DNA of 64,000 nt from Myxococcota bacterium (GCA_028278065.1 JANQFA010000038.1:2497-66496); one strand, 5' to 3'; shown: positions 51,611 through 61,618, numbered from the stretch's first letter. A program made the numbers and translations. The notes: generated by a model not told the origin, from the letters alone.

Positions 51611-52606
51611 ATGGCGGAGGTCACCGCCGAGATGGCGGCGCCGCTGGAGAAGGCGCTCAGGGAGAGGGCCCCCCGCCTGGGAGTCCACCGGGTCCTCGCC
51701 ATCGAGCGCCTCACCACCGGGCTCTCGTCCCAGAGCTACAGCGTCGAGACGGAGACCGCCTCGGGGCCACTGCGCCTCGTGATGAGGGTAGAGCCCGAGC
51801 ACGGCGTGATCCCCCCCTACGACATCGCCCGGGAGTACCGCCTGCTTCGCGAGGTACACGAAGCCGGCCTGCCCACCCCGGGTGTGGTCCACCTCGAAGA
51901 GGATCAGTCCGTGGTCGGCGGCCGCTTCATCCTGATGACCTTCGTGGAGGGGGTCATCTACCGGAACATGGACGAGCGCCTCGCAGACGACCCTGCCCGA
52001 CTGGCCGCGATGCAGGAGCGGTTCGTCGAGATGCTGGCTCGAATCCACGATACGCCCCAGACCGTGCTGCCGAACCACACCAGCGGCGAGGACGCGGCGC
52101 GCGCCGAGGTGGCCATCTGCCGCCACCGGCTGGAGCGGACGGAGCTCCTGCCCTCTCCGATCATCCGCCACGCCCTCGACGTCCTCCACGAGCACGCGCC
52201 GTCGGCCCAGCGCCTGGCGCTGCTGCATGGGGACTACCGACTGCCGAACCTGATGTGGAAGGGTGAGACGATCTCGGGTGTGCTCGACTGGGAGCTGGCA
52301 CGCGTAGGCGACCCTCTGAGCGACCTGGCCTTCACGCAGACCATCGGCCGCGGCCTCTGCTCGATCGAAGGGGAGCTGGCGGCCCGCTACGGCGAGCTCA
52401 CCGGGATCGAGATCGACGATCGCCGGCTCGTCTACTATCGGCTGCTCGAGATGGTGAAGGGCACGATCATCGGCCTCGCGGGTGCCTACGACCTGGCCCA
52501 TGGCGGCGACGACCTGCGCCTGCTCTCCGTGGCCCGCATCGCGGCCGCCGGACAGGCGATCATGGGAGGCCTCGAGGCACAGCTCGAGGCATTCCTGGAG
52601 ACCTGA
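51611..52606 (+). CDS. APH-like phosphotransferase (kinase-fold) family protein
   Basis: 331 aa. The catalytic loop is LLHGDYRLPNLMW and the metal-binding segment is VLDWELARVGDPLSDLAF. It starts 3 nt after the S2 stop. Confidence 0.85.
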   Translation: MAEVTAEMAAPLEKALRERAPRLGVHRVLAIERLTTGLSSQSYSVETETASGPLRLVMRVEPEHGVIPPYDIAREYRLLREVHEAGLPTPGVVHLEEDQSVVGGRFILMTFVEGVIYRNMDERLADDPARLAAMQERFVEMLARIHDTPQTVLPNHTSGEDAARAEVAICRHRLERTELLPSPIIRHALDVLHEHAPSAQRLALLHGDYRLPNLMWKGETISGVLDWELARVGDPLSDLAFTQTIGRGLCSIEGELAARYGELTGIEIDDRRLVYYRLLEMVKGTIIGLAGAYDLAHGGDDLRLLSVARIAAAGQAIMGGLEAQLEAFLET

Positions 52607-52609
52607 AGC

Positions 52610-53062
52610 ATGATCGTGCTCGACTCGGCCCAGATCCTCACCGCGGTGGGGCTCTCCCTCCGGAACCATGTGCTCCCCGCACTCGAGGACGATTTCGCCC
52701 GGGTGCAGGTGATGTCGGCCCTGAAGGCTCTCGCCGAGGTGAGCGACCGCCTCGAGAACGGCGATCCGGCCGAACGGTCGAACGCCATCATCGAAGGAGG
52801 TGTGCGCGAGCTCGCCGACTCGATCCGCTCCGACGCGCCCGACTTCGCGGCGAAGCTCGACGCCGCCGTGGCGGCGAAGCCCGAAGGAGATGCTCCCCGC
52901 GACCGCTCGAGACAGCTGGGAGAGGCCTTGTGGGAGCTCTGCGCGCGGGACGAGGGCGCGGCGGCGGCGCGCCTGCTCGCTCTCCTGCAGGCCGAGGCCC
53001 TGCGGACGATGGGCGAGGACAATGCCTGGATCTGCCCCGAAGCGATCGAGTCGCTCACCTGA
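52610..53062 (+). CDS. Hypothetical helical protein (150 aa)
   Basis: It starts 3 nt after the kinase stop, has G/C-rich third positions and an Ala/Leu/Glu-rich helical composition. No family recognised. Confidence 0.6.
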   Translation: MIVLDSAQILTAVGLSLRNHVLPALEDDFARVQVMSALKALAEVSDRLENGDPAERSNAIIEGGVRELADSIRSDAPDFAAKLDAAVAAKPEGDAPRDRSRQLGEALWELCARDEGAAAARLLALLQAEALRTMGEDNAWICPEAIESLT

Positions 53063-53095
53063 CCCTCTCCATCGCGCCCGCGGAGTGAACCTCCC

Positions 53096-53623
53096 ATGAA
53101 GACGGTGTCGAACGACGAGCTCGCGGCGATCGCGCCGCACTTCGCCCAGATGGGATACGTCGTGCGCGATCTGGCTGCGGCCGAGACGTGGTTCCGGGAC
53201 ATCGTGGGCGTACCCGCCTGGACGCGGATGGAGAACATGACGTTCGGCGCGGAGTGCAGCCATCGCGGTCGACCCGCGGACTACGCCGCCCACCTCTCTC
53301 TCGGCTACCTCGGCGACACCCAGATCGAGCTGATCGAGCCCCTCCGCGGCGAGAGCCTCTACGCCGAGTTCCTGCAGAGCAAGGGCCCTGGACTCCATCA
53401 CCTCGCGTTCGAGGTGCCCGACTTCGAAGCCACGGTCGACGCCCTCGGCGCGGCGGGACTCGAGCTGCTGGGCTCCGGTGCGATCGGGGCCGGGAGTCGC
53501 TTCGCCTACTTCGATTGCGTGTCGGCCCAGGCGTCGGTGATCGAGATCCTGGGCTACGACGAGGGCACACGCGCCTTCATGCAGCAGCTCAGGAAGCAGA
53601 GCGCGGAAGCGCTCCGCGACTGA
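53096..53623 (+). CDS. VOC (glyoxalase/bleomycin-resistance/extradiol dioxygenase) family protein
   Basis: 175 aa with paired beta-alpha-beta-beta-beta modules and His/Glu ligand blocks (HFAQMGYVV, IELIEP, GLHHLAFEV). Confidence 0.85.
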   Translation: MKTVSNDELAAIAPHFAQMGYVVRDLAAAETWFRDIVGVPAWTRMENMTFGAECSHRGRPADYAAHLSLGYLGDTQIELIEPLRGESLYAEFLQSKGPGLHHLAFEVPDFEATVDALGAAGLELLGSGAIGAGSRFAYFDCVSAQASVIEILGYDEGTRAFMQQLRKQSAEALRD

Positions 53624-53650
53624 GCCGGGCGGGAGGGCCGAGGAGACACC

Positions 53651-54496
53651 GTGCGGGAGCTGGCTGGACGCGTAGCGGTCGTGACGGGCGGCGCCGGAGG
53701 CATCGGCCGGGGCATGGCCCTCGCCTTCGCCGAAGCGGGCATGGACGTCGTGATCGCGGACATCGACGAAGACGGCGCCCGCGCCGTCGCCGCCGAAATC
53801 GAGGCGCTCGGCCAGCGCTGCCTGCCCCGTCGCGTGGACCTGGCGAAGCCGGCCGAAGTAGAGGCCCTGGCCGAGGAGACCTGGGGCGAGCTGGGCGGCG
53901 CCCACCTCCTCTGCAACAACGCCGGGGTCACGACCTTCGGGATGATGTGTGACGGCATCCCCGACGCGGATTGGGACTGGGTCCTGACCGTCAATCTGAG
54001 GGGCGTCGTCCATGGCCTCCAGTCCTTCCTCCCGCGCATGCGAGAGCTCCCGGGCGAGAAGCACGTGGTGAACACGGCGTCGATCGCCGGCATCTCGCCC
54101 GGAGTCTTCGTCGCCCCCTACGCCGCCAGCAAGCACGCGGTCGTCGGGCTATCCGAGACGCTGCGCGAGGAGGGCGCCGCCCATGGGATCAGCTGCTCGG
54201 TGCTCTGCCCCAATGCCGTGGCCACCGGGATCGTGGAGGCGGACCGCAACCGGCAGGCCGAGTTCGGCGGACCCTCCGGCGCGGGGAACGAGATGATCGC
54301 CGCCTTCGTGGCCGCTGGTCTCGCCCCCACCTACGTCGGCCGGATGGTCCGTCAGGCGGTGATCGACGACCTGCCCTTCATCTTCACTCACGCGGACACC
54401 CGCGAGCTGGTGGAGGCCCGCTACGAGCGCATGAAGGAGTCCTTCGCCTGGGCGGATCGCTGGCGCGAAGCGAACCCGGAACCCGATCCCCTATGA
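53651..54496 (+). CDS. Short-chain dehydrogenase/reductase (SDR)
   Basis: 281 aa with a GTG start. Contains TGGAGGIGRG, NNAG and YAASK. Confidence 0.88.
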   Translation: MRELAGRVAVVTGGAGGIGRGMALAFAEAGMDVVIADIDEDGARAVAAEIEALGQRCLPRRVDLAKPAEVEALAEETWGELGGAHLLCNNAGVTTFGMMCDGIPDADWDWVLTVNLRGVVHGLQSFLPRMRELPGEKHVVNTASIAGISPGVFVAPYAASKHAVVGLSETLREEGAAHGISCSVLCPNAVATGIVEADRNRQAEFGGPSGAGNEMIAAFVAAGLAPTYVGRMVRQAVIDDLPFIFTHADTRELVEARYERMKESFAWADRWREANPEPDPL

Positions 54497-54583
54497 TCGG
54501 CCGGCGCGCGTGTCGGACCCGATATCCGTCCGCGAGCCGAGCCGTCGACGAGGCACCTCGGTAGCCAGAAAGGAAACAAGTCG

Positions 54584-55603
54584 ATGTCATTTGCACCCCC
54601 GGACGGACTCACCGAAGAGGACGAGTTCCGTCATGCCCTCGTGGATGCGCCCAGCAACGTCCTCTTCGGCGACAGCCTCTGGGTGAGCGTGGTCGATCCG
54701 GAGGCGAACATCCACGGCGTCAACCACTTCCATCTCACCAACAAGGGCTTTGCACGCTACGAGGCCCTGTACCTCATCGACGGTGTCCTGCAGCAGTACG
54801 GCAACAAGTTCCCCCTGCCGCGCCAGATCGAGCACGGTCCCTGGGACGACGGGCGGCTGCGCTACGAGGTGGTCGACCCCTACAACCACATCCGCATCAC
54901 GCTGGACTGGGACAACTTCTCGTTCGACCTCGACTTCAAGGGCCGCTTCGCGCCCTTCAACTACGCCAACTCCTCCCCGAACGGCGATCCCATGCGGGTC
55001 TTCGACGAGTACTACGGGGGACACTTCGAGCAGGCCATGAACTGCACGGGCACACTCGAGATCCACGGAGGCCGCGCCAAGGGACAGACCCGCCAGATCG
55101 ACTGCTGGAGCCACCGCGATCACACCTGGACCTCGCGTTTCAACGAGCGCAACGACTGGTACGTGCGGGAGGGCCACTTCCCCGCCCACTTCTGGCCCTC
55201 CATCCAGCTCCCGGATCGACACATCAACGTTCTCGGGATGTACTACCAGAACGACACGCCCATCGAAGAGCGGGTCAATGCCGGGTTCGTCTCCGACAAG
55301 GACGGCAGCCGGCCGATCCTGAACGCCAAGGGATGGATCATCCCCAACGACGGTACGCCGGAGGTGCGAACCGCCAAGGAGTTCCGGTACGAGATCACCC
55401 TGCCCGACGGCGAAGTCATCCACGTCAAGAACACCCGTCACCACGGGACCGTCAAGCTCTGGATGCGGGCCGAGAACGACCTCGAGAACCGCCTGGACTG
55501 CTACGAGGCCTTCTGCGACTTCGAGGTCGAGGAGACGGGCGAAGTCGGCACCGGCACTGCCGAGTACGACGTGATGCCGCCGCTTCCCCAGTGGCTGGTC
55601 TGA
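54584..55603 (+). CDS. Conserved protein of unknown function, 339 aa (paralogue of 28546-29565)
   Basis: Colinear with, the same length as, and about 71% identical to the first copy. It is flanked by SDR genes. Confidence 0.8.
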   Translation: MSFAPPDGLTEEDEFRHALVDAPSNVLFGDSLWVSVVDPEANIHGVNHFHLTNKGFARYEALYLIDGVLQQYGNKFPLPRQIEHGPWDDGRLRYEVVDPYNHIRITLDWDNFSFDLDFKGRFAPFNYANSSPNGDPMRVFDEYYGGHFEQAMNCTGTLEIHGGRAKGQTRQIDCWSHRDHTWTSRFNERNDWYVREGHFPAHFWPSIQLPDRHINVLGMYYQNDTPIEERVNAGFVSDKDGSRPILNAKGWIIPNDGTPEVRTAKEFRYEITLPDGEVIHVKNTRHHGTVKLWMRAENDLENRLDCYEAFCDFEVEETGEVGTGTAEYDVMPPLPQWLV

Positions 55604-55623
55604 CGACGCCGGGGGATCGACGC

Positions 55624-56376
55624 ATGGGCAAGCTGGACGACAGGATCGCGATCATCACCGGCGCGGCGTCCGGTATCGGCCAGGGCATGGCCGAGCTCTT
55701 CGCTGCGGAAGGCGCGACGGTGGTGGTCGCGGACATCCAGGACGAGCCCGGCCGGGCCCTGGCCGACGCTCTCGGCGGGACCTACCTGCACTGCGACGTG
55801 ACGGATCCGGCTGCGGTCGAGCAGCTCATCCAGGAGGCGGTCGATCGGCACGGGCGAATCGACGTGCTCGTGAACAACGCGGGCATCGAGGGTGAGCAGG
55901 CCCTCACCGCCGAGAGCTCCCTGGAGAACTGGCGACGGGTGATGTCCATCAACGTCGACGGCGTCTACTACGGCATGAAGTACGCCCTCCCCGTGATGGT
56001 CTCGCAGAAGGGAGGGGTCATCCTCAATACCGCGTCGACGGTGGGCCTCAACGCGCTGGGTGCGATCCCCGCCTACAGCGCCTCGAAGGCCGGGGTGATC
56101 CAGCTGAGCAAGGCCGTGGCGATCGAGTACGCGATGCACGGGATCCGGGTCAACGCCCTCTGCCCCTCCGTCGTCGAGACCCCTCTGCTGACGAGCTTCA
56201 TCGAGAACACCCCGGATCCCGAGTCCGCACGAACCGGCCTGGCTTCTCTCAACCCGATGCCGGGCATGGTGACCGTGGACGCCGTCGCGAAGGCGGCGCT
56301 CTTCCTCGTGAGCGACGACGCTTCCTTCATCACGGCGGTCGCCCTTCCCATAGACGGTGGCTACACCGCCCGCTAG
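55624..56376 (+). CDS. Short-chain dehydrogenase/reductase (SDR)
   Basis: 250 aa with TGAASGIGQG, NNAG, YSASK and PIDGGYTA. Confidence 0.9.
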   Translation: MGKLDDRIAIITGAASGIGQGMAELFAAEGATVVVADIQDEPGRALADALGGTYLHCDVTDPAAVEQLIQEAVDRHGRIDVLVNNAGIEGEQALTAESSLENWRRVMSINVDGVYYGMKYALPVMVSQKGGVILNTASTVGLNALGAIPAYSASKAGVIQLSKAVAIEYAMHGIRVNALCPSVVETPLLTSFIENTPDPESARTGLASLNPMPGMVTVDAVAKAALFLVSDDASFITAVALPIDGGYTAR

Positions 56377-56442
56377 TCTGCCTCGAGCAGGTCCGCTCGC
56401 CGTGTATCGAGGCCCACCCCCAGTCTCCAGAGAGGAACGAGC

Positions 56443-56859
56443 GTGGACGAGTCGAAGCTGCAGTCGCTCATCGAGCGCAACGAAGTCATCGAGACCTTCA
56501 ACCGCTATGCAACCGGGATCGACCTGCGCGACCGGGACCTGTACCGCGGCTGCTTCACCGACGAGCTCCAGGTGAGCATGGGCGGCGGAGAGCCGAAGAC
56601 CTGCCCGGCAGACGAGTGGGTGGACCAGGCCTTCGAGGCCGTCAACGCGTTCCAGGGCACGCAGCACATCATCACCAACCACGTGATCGATCTCCAAGGA
56701 GACGAAGCGGACGCGACGGCGTACCTCCACGCCCAGCACTTCAATCCGGACGGCGTCTTCACCGTCGGAGGCTACTACTCGAACCACCTGGTACGCGCCG
56801 GATCGACCTGGAAGATCGATCGGCTCGGGCTGGTGGTGACCTGGACCCTCAACCGGTGA
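56443..56859 (+). CDS. NTF2-like (SnoaL_4-type) protein
   Basis: 138 aa with a GTG start. The pattern [27 protein letters not shown]...TQHIITNH is typical of SnoaL-like cones. Confidence 0.8.
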   Translation: MDESKLQSLIERNEVIETFNRYATGIDLRDRDLYRGCFTDELQVSMGGGEPKTCPADEWVDQAFEAVNAFQGTQHIITNHVIDLQGDEADATAYLHAQHFNPDGVFTVGGYYSNHLVRAGSTWKIDRLGLVVTWTLNR

Positions 56860-56902
56860 GAGCGGGGACGCAAGAGCGAAGGGCGCGGGAGAATCGGCAG
56901 GC

Positions 56903-57748
56903 GTGACGGGCAGGCTGGATGGCCAGGTGGCGCTGATCAGCGGCGGCGCCAGCGGGATCGGCGAGGCGACCGCCCGCATGTTCGTCGACCACGGCGCTCG
57001 TGTGGTCATCGCAGACCTCCAGGGCGAGCGCGGGCGCCGACTCGCCGACGATCTGGGGGAGGCGTCGGTGTTCCAGCACACCGACGTCACGCGTGAGGAT
57101 TCGATCGCGGACGCCGTCGACCGCGCCGTCGCCGAGTTCGGGCAGCTCGATTGCCTGTTCGCGAACGCCGGGATCGTGGGCGCGGTCGGACCGATCGACG
57201 AGATCCCCGCCGAGGAGTACGACGCCACGATGGCGGTCAATCTGCGCGGGGTCTTCCTCGCGATGAAGCACGCGGCTCGCGTGATGAAGCCCCGGGGAGC
57301 CGGCACGATCCTCTGCACGGCGAGCATCGCAGCACTGCAGGGCGGCCTGGGCCCCCACGTCTACGCAGCAGCCAAGAGCGCCCTCATCGGACTGACCCGC
57401 AACGTGGCGGCCGAGCTCGCCTCCCAGGGAATCCGGGTCAACTGCATCGCGCCCGGGAACATGGCGACCGAAATGATCGCCGGCCTCGTGACCGGAGACC
57501 CCGACAGGGTGGCGGAGGTCGCACAGGGAATGGCGGGAACCTCGCCGATGCCGGGACGTCCCGGCCTGCCGAGCGACGTCGCCCACGCTGCACTCTACCT
57601 CGCCAGCGACGCCGGGGCCTTCGTGAGTGGCCACACCCTGGTGGTGGACGCCGGCCTCACCTCGGGAAGCGGCCAGTCCATGCCGCTCTTCGCGAACCAC
57701 GCACCCATGATCCGGGAGGCAGGGCGCCGGGGGCTGCCGGACGAGTGA
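56903..57748 (+). CDS. Short-chain dehydrogenase/reductase (SDR)
   Basis: 281 aa with a GTG start. Contains SGGASGIGEA, ANAG and YAAAK. Confidence 0.88.
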   Translation: MTGRLDGQVALISGGASGIGEATARMFVDHGARVVIADLQGERGRRLADDLGEASVFQHTDVTREDSIADAVDRAVAEFGQLDCLFANAGIVGAVGPIDEIPAEEYDATMAVNLRGVFLAMKHAARVMKPRGAGTILCTASIAALQGGLGPHVYAAAKSALIGLTRNVAAELASQGIRVNCIAPGNMATEMIAGLVTGDPDRVAEVAQGMAGTSPMPGRPGLPSDVAHAALYLASDAGAFVSGHTLVVDAGLTSGSGQSMPLFANHAPMIREAGRRGLPDE

Positions 57749-57793
57749 TTCCCCGTCGACCGCAAGGCCCCGGACGCACCCGCGAGGCGCTGC

Positions 57794-58543
57794 TCAGGAC
57801 ATGGTCAGGCCGCCGGAGACGCTGATCGCCTGACCCGTGATGAAGCTGGCCTCGCGCATGGCCAGGAAGGCGACGAGGGACGCCACCTCCTCGGGCCGAG
57901 CCGGTCTCCTGAAGGGGATCAGGCGCATGAACGAGGCCCAGCCGTCGGGCGACAGGCCCGGGGGCGGATCGGCCGTCTCGCTGGTGGGCCCGAGGCATAC
58001 GGTGTTCACCGTCACCCCGTGGCGTGCCATCTCCCGGGCCAGCGACTTCGAGAAGGCGACGATCGCGCCCTTGGCGCTCGACTGCGCGGTCTCCAGGGTG
58101 GCGCCGATCTTCGCCGAGTCCGACACCAGCGTGACGATGCGGCCGTAGCCCTGGGGAATCATGTGACGCAGGGCTTCCTGGCAGCCCCGCATCGTGCCCT
58201 TCACGTTGACGTCGTGGACCTTGTCCCAGTGTCGTTCTTCGTCGTCCATGAAGCGCCGCATGTGGTCGTAGGAGACACAGTTGACCAGGACGTCGAGACC
58301 GCCCAGCTGGTCGATGGTCGCGTCGACGGCGTCCGCGACCTGACCTCGTTGGGTGACGTCGGCGGCAACGAAGCGCGCCACGAGTCCCTCTTCACGAAGC
58401 GAGGTCGCGAAGGGCGCGCCCTCCTCCTCGCGGCGGGCGCTCAGCATCATCGAGGCGCCTTCCTCACAGAGCTTGTGAGCGACCGCCCTGCCCGCACGCC
58501 CCAGCACCCCGAAGACGAGCGCCCTCTGGCCCTGCAGATCCAT
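57794..58543 (-). CDS. SDR-fold protein with atypical cofactor and catalytic motifs
   Basis: 249 aa. The fold blocks are SDR-like (VNCVS, ITGQAISVSGGLTMS). The glycine motif reads FGVLGRAGRA and the active-site segment reads AQSSAKGA, with Gln where Tyr is expected. Confidence 0.85.
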   Translation of the reverse strand: MDLQGQRALVFGVLGRAGRAVAHKLCEEGASMMLSARREEEGAPFATSLREEGLVARFVAADVTQRGQVADAVDATIDQLGGLDVLVNCVSYDHMRRFMDDEERHWDKVHDVNVKGTMRGCQEALRHMIPQGYGRIVTLVSDSAKIGATLETAQSSAKGAIVAFSKSLAREMARHGVTVNTVCLGPTSETADPPPGLSPDGWASFMRLIPFRRPARPEEVASLVAFLAMREASFITGQAISVSGGLTMS

Positions 58544-58545
58544 GC

Positions 58546-58944
58546 TCAGTCGGAGCTCGCGTCCAGCTCGTCGAAGACCTCCTTCACGGCGCCGAAGGCC
58601 TGGATCGCCGCCGGAAAGCCCGCGTAGACGGAGATGTGGAGGACGATCTCACAGATCTCCTCCCGGCCGAGGCCGAGGTTCAGCGCACCGACGACGTAGG
58701 CCTTCAGCTGCTCCAGCCTGCCCATCGCGGCGAGGACGCCGAGCGTGATCCTCGCGCGATCCTCCAGCCGGAGGCCTTCGCGCCCCCAGACGTCACCCAT
58801 CACGGTGGAGATCGAGAACTCGTTCCAGTCCGCCGCGATCTCTTCCGGATACTCGAACCGCGGGGCGCCCGGGGTGCCCGGCTTGAAGAGACTGAGGGCG
58901 GTCACCATTCCCTTGGCCATCCGCGGATCGATCTCGTCGGCCAC
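58546..58944 (-). CDS. Carboxymuconolactone decarboxylase (AhpD-like) family protein
   Basis: 132 aa. The CMD block is REEICEIVLHISVYAGFPAAIQAF. Its stop lies 2 nt before the SDR start. Confidence 0.85.
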   Translation of the reverse strand: MADEIDPRMAKGMVTALSLFKPGTPGAPRFEYPEEIAADWNEFSISTVMGDVWGREGLRLEDRARITLGVLAAMGRLEQLKAYVVGALNLGLGREEICEIVLHISVYAGFPAAIQAFGAVKEVFDELDASSD

Positions 58945-58946
58945 GG

Positions 58947-59444
58947 CTACTGCTCCAGGGGCGAGAGGCGGAAGACCATGAACTCGCGGTCGCAGTACTT
59001 CTGGAAGTGGCCCCAGAGCGGGAAGAACTCCACCAGCCGGGGCCAGACCTCCGCGCGCGCCTCGCCGGCGAGCCGCTCGACCCGAGCGGGGTACCTCTTG
59101 GCCTTGACCTGAACCCAGGCCTGGGGCGTGGCCTCGAGGTTGAGCGCCCAGTGGGGGTGCTTGTCCAGGCCAGCGATGGAGCCGACGATGTAGACGTCGT
59201 CACCCTCCTGCATGAAGTTGACCGGCGAGATCACGTCGTTCCCGGTCTTGCGTCCGACGCTGGTGACCAGGCAGGTGGGGCCGCCCTGGGTGTAGTAGGT
59301 GTCGCCCTCTCCCCCTGCGGCGATGTACTGCTCCACGTGGACCTTCGCGACCGCCGCGATGATCTTCGCGTCCCGCGTGGCGATCAGCTTGCTCCACTCC
59401 TCCTCGTCCATGAAGTCGGGCTTGGGTACTTCCTTTACAGACAT
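58947..59444 (-). CDS. Deazaflavin-dependent nitroreductase-family (Ddn-like) oxidoreductase
   Basis: 165 aa from ATG 59442-59444 (MSVKEVPKP...). Contains TSVGRKTGNDVISPV...IVGSIAGLDKHPHWALNLEATPQAWVQV. Confidence 0.8.
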   Translation of the reverse strand: MSVKEVPKPDFMDEEEWSKLIATRDAKIIAAVAKVHVEQYIAAGGEGDTYYTQGGPTCLVTSVGRKTGNDVISPVNFMQEGDDVYIVGSIAGLDKHPHWALNLEATPQAWVQVKAKRYPARVERLAGEARAEVWPRLVEFFPLWGHFQKYCDREFMVFRLSPLEQ

Positions 59445-59546
59445 CTTCTCTCCCGTCGGGCTGCCGCGACGCAATCGCGCGGCCCCTGGCAATCGTGCGA
59501 AGCCGGCGCACGCACCGGCACCGGGTCTCAGCGGTTCTGCGACGAG

Positions 59547-60584
59547 CTAGAGAAGCTCGTCGGCCAGAACCTCGAGGGCGGGCCCTCCGCCGCCGATCAG
59601 CATCGAGCCGACATGGTGCTTCCTGCCGGCCTCCTTCCAGCGCTGGAGGCGATCGCGGATCCGATCCTCAGGCCCTACCAGCGCGACGTCGTCCACGAGC
59701 TCGTCCGGGACGGCGGCTGCCGCCTCCTGCTTCTTGCCGTCCAGGTAGAGATCCTGGATCTTCACGGCCGCCTCCTCGTAGCCGAGCCGCTTCGCGTAGT
59801 CGTTGTAGAAGTTCTTGCCACGAGCGCCCATCCCGCCGATGTAGAGGGCCATGTTGTTCTTGATCGGCGCGCGGCACTTCTCGACGTCGTCGGACATGAG
59901 ACACGTGACGAAGGGGGCGACGTCGAAGTCTTCGAGGCTCTTGCCCCCGCCCGCCTTGGCGAACCCCTTCTCGAGGGACTCCTCGAAGATGTCGAAGCGC
60001 TCGGGATTCATCCAGATCGGGAAGACCCCGTCCGACACCTCACCGGCGCACTCCATTCCGTTCGGCGAGATGGACGCCGTGTAGATCTTCAAGGCGGGAT
60101 CCCCATGGAGGATGCTCTTGAGCGGCTTGCCCAGCCCCGTGGCGTCATCGCCCTTGTAGGGCATCTGGTAGTGGAAGCCGTCGTGGGTGACCCTCTCCTC
60201 CCGCGCGAGGATCTTCCGGATGATCTCGATGTACTCACGGGTCCGCGTGAGCGGGCGGCCGTAGGGAACACCGTGCCACCCCTCGACGACCTGCGGGCCC
60301 GAGGGCCCGAGCCCCAGGATGAAGCGGCCTCCAGAGAGGGCGTAGAGCGTCATCGCCGTCATGGCCGCCATGGCCGGCGTACGCCCCGGCATCTGCATGA
60401 TCGCGGTGCCGACGTTGATCTTCTCCGTCTGTGCCAGGATCCAGGCGGCGGGGGAGACGGCGTCGGAGCCCCAGGCCTCGGCAGTCCAGGCGGACGTGAA
60501 GCCGAGCGATTCGGCGTGCTTGATCATGTCGATGGGCACGGACATGGTTGCAGGGGAGTAGCCGACGAGCAGGCCGAGCTTCAT
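59547..60584 (-). CDS. LLM-class F420/flavin-dependent oxidoreductase
   Basis: 345 aa from ATG 60582-60584 with a purine-rich GAGAGAGAGGA upstream. Contains MKLGLLVGY...[19 protein letters not shown] and [21 protein letters not shown]. Confidence 0.88.
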   Translation of the reverse strand: MKLGLLVGYSPATMSVPIDMIKHAESLGFTSAWTAEAWGSDAVSPAAWILAQTEKINVGTAIMQMPGRTPAMAAMTAMTLYALSGGRFILGLGPSGPQVVEGWHGVPYGRPLTRTREYIEIIRKILAREERVTHDGFHYQMPYKGDDATGLGKPLKSILHGDPALKIYTASISPNGMECAGEVSDGVFPIWMNPERFDIFEESLEKGFAKAGGGKSLEDFDVAPFVTCLMSDDVEKCRAPIKNNMALYIGGMGARGKNFYNDYAKRLGYEEAAVKIQDLYLDGKKQEAAAAVPDELVDDVALVGPEDRIRDRLQRWKEAGRKHHVGSMLIGGGGPALEVLADELL

Positions 60585-60652
60585 TGTGTTGTCCTCTCTC
60601 TCGAACGGAGTCCGGATCGTGTTCGGGGCTCCCGGTTGGAACAGTGTCGGAT

Positions 60653-61501
60653 TCAGGCTGATGCCGCTCTCTCGAAGATCTTCGCAAACGCCTCGCCGCA
60701 ACGAAGCCAGGCGTCGAGATCCCGCTGACGCGGCTCGGCGACGACATGCTGGATTCCGGCCCCCCGGTACGCCGCGAGCTCACGCAGGATCTCGTCCGGG
60801 TCGTCCTCGAGCGCGTCCCAGCGCGCACGCATCGAGAGGGTGAAGGTCTCCTCGGGCCGGTCACGGCGCAGGCGCGCGACGATCTCGGCGGTTCTCTCCG
60901 GAGTCTGGAACCCGCCGTGCCAGCCGTCGCCGCGCTCGACAGCGCGGCGCAACGCCGCCTCGCTGTGCCCTCCGATCCAGATCGGGATCGACCGGCCCGG
61001 CTGGGGCTTGGCGCGCATGTCCTCCAGCTTCGCGCCGCTCGCGGGCGCGCTGAAATCGATGGGATCCTCGCTCCAGCAGCGCCGGATCAACTCGATCGCC
61101 TCGTCCGTTCGCGCCCCCCGCGTCCCATAGGGAACCCCCAGTGCTGCGAACTCCTCCGCGAGCCACCCGCTCGCGCCGCCGAAGATCACGCGCCCCCCGC
61201 TCATCAGGTCGAGCGAAGCCAGCATCTTCGCCAGCAGCACCGGAGGGCGCAGCGGCACGACCAGCACCGAGCTGCCGAGCCCGACCGAGGTCGTCGCGGC
61301 TGCCGCCCAGGTGAGGGCGACCAGGGGCTCGATGATGTAGGCCGAAGGCGGGTACTTCGCCGTTCGGGGGACGACCAGATGGTCGCTCACCCAGACGTCG
61401 GCGAATCGCAGCTCCTCGGCCTGCCTCGCGGCGACGCGGATCGCGTCCGGCGACGCGGCCGGTCCCGCCTGCGGTAGGTGAATGCCGAATCGGATGCTCA
61501 T
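60653..61501 (-). CDS. LLM-class F420/flavin-dependent oxidoreductase
   Basis: 282 aa from ATG 61499-61501 ([13 protein letters not shown]...). Contains [11 protein letters not shown] and [17 protein letters not shown]. The upstream part of the 700-aa track ORF is rejected. Confidence 0.85.
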   Translation of the reverse strand: MSIRFGIHLPQAGPAASPDAIRVAARQAEELRFADVWVSDHLVVPRTAKYPPSAYIIEPLVALTWAAAATTSVGLGSSVLVVPLRPPVLLAKMLASLDLMSGGRVIFGGASGWLAEEFAALGVPYGTRGARTDEAIELIRRCWSEDPIDFSAPASGAKLEDMRAKPQPGRSIPIWIGGHSEAALRRAVERGDGWHGGFQTPERTAEIVARLRRDRPEETFTLSMRARWDALEDDPDEILRELAAYRGAGIQHVVAEPRQRDLDAWLRCGEAFAKIFERAASA

Positions 61502-61618
61502 GGCGAGGGGCAGGAAGATGTACCAGATCGCCGCTGGGACGGCCGCTTTCCTGGTGTCCGCGCGGTGCCTATCATCCGCCTCGCACTCGCCCGTCCCGCA
61601 ACCCGGAGAAACCCTGGC

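Noticed and set aside
51563-54136. 857-aa minus-strand ORF. Similar long antisense ORFs occur at 16735-18573, 55501-57327, 47735-49393, 49449-50888, 37079-39319, 59007-60728, 26958-28697, 10579-12531 and 103-1683.
   Set aside because: All are antisense or out of frame to genes with strong family signatures, and they have the R/G/A/P/V/D-rich composition typical of spurious ORFs in high-GC DNA.
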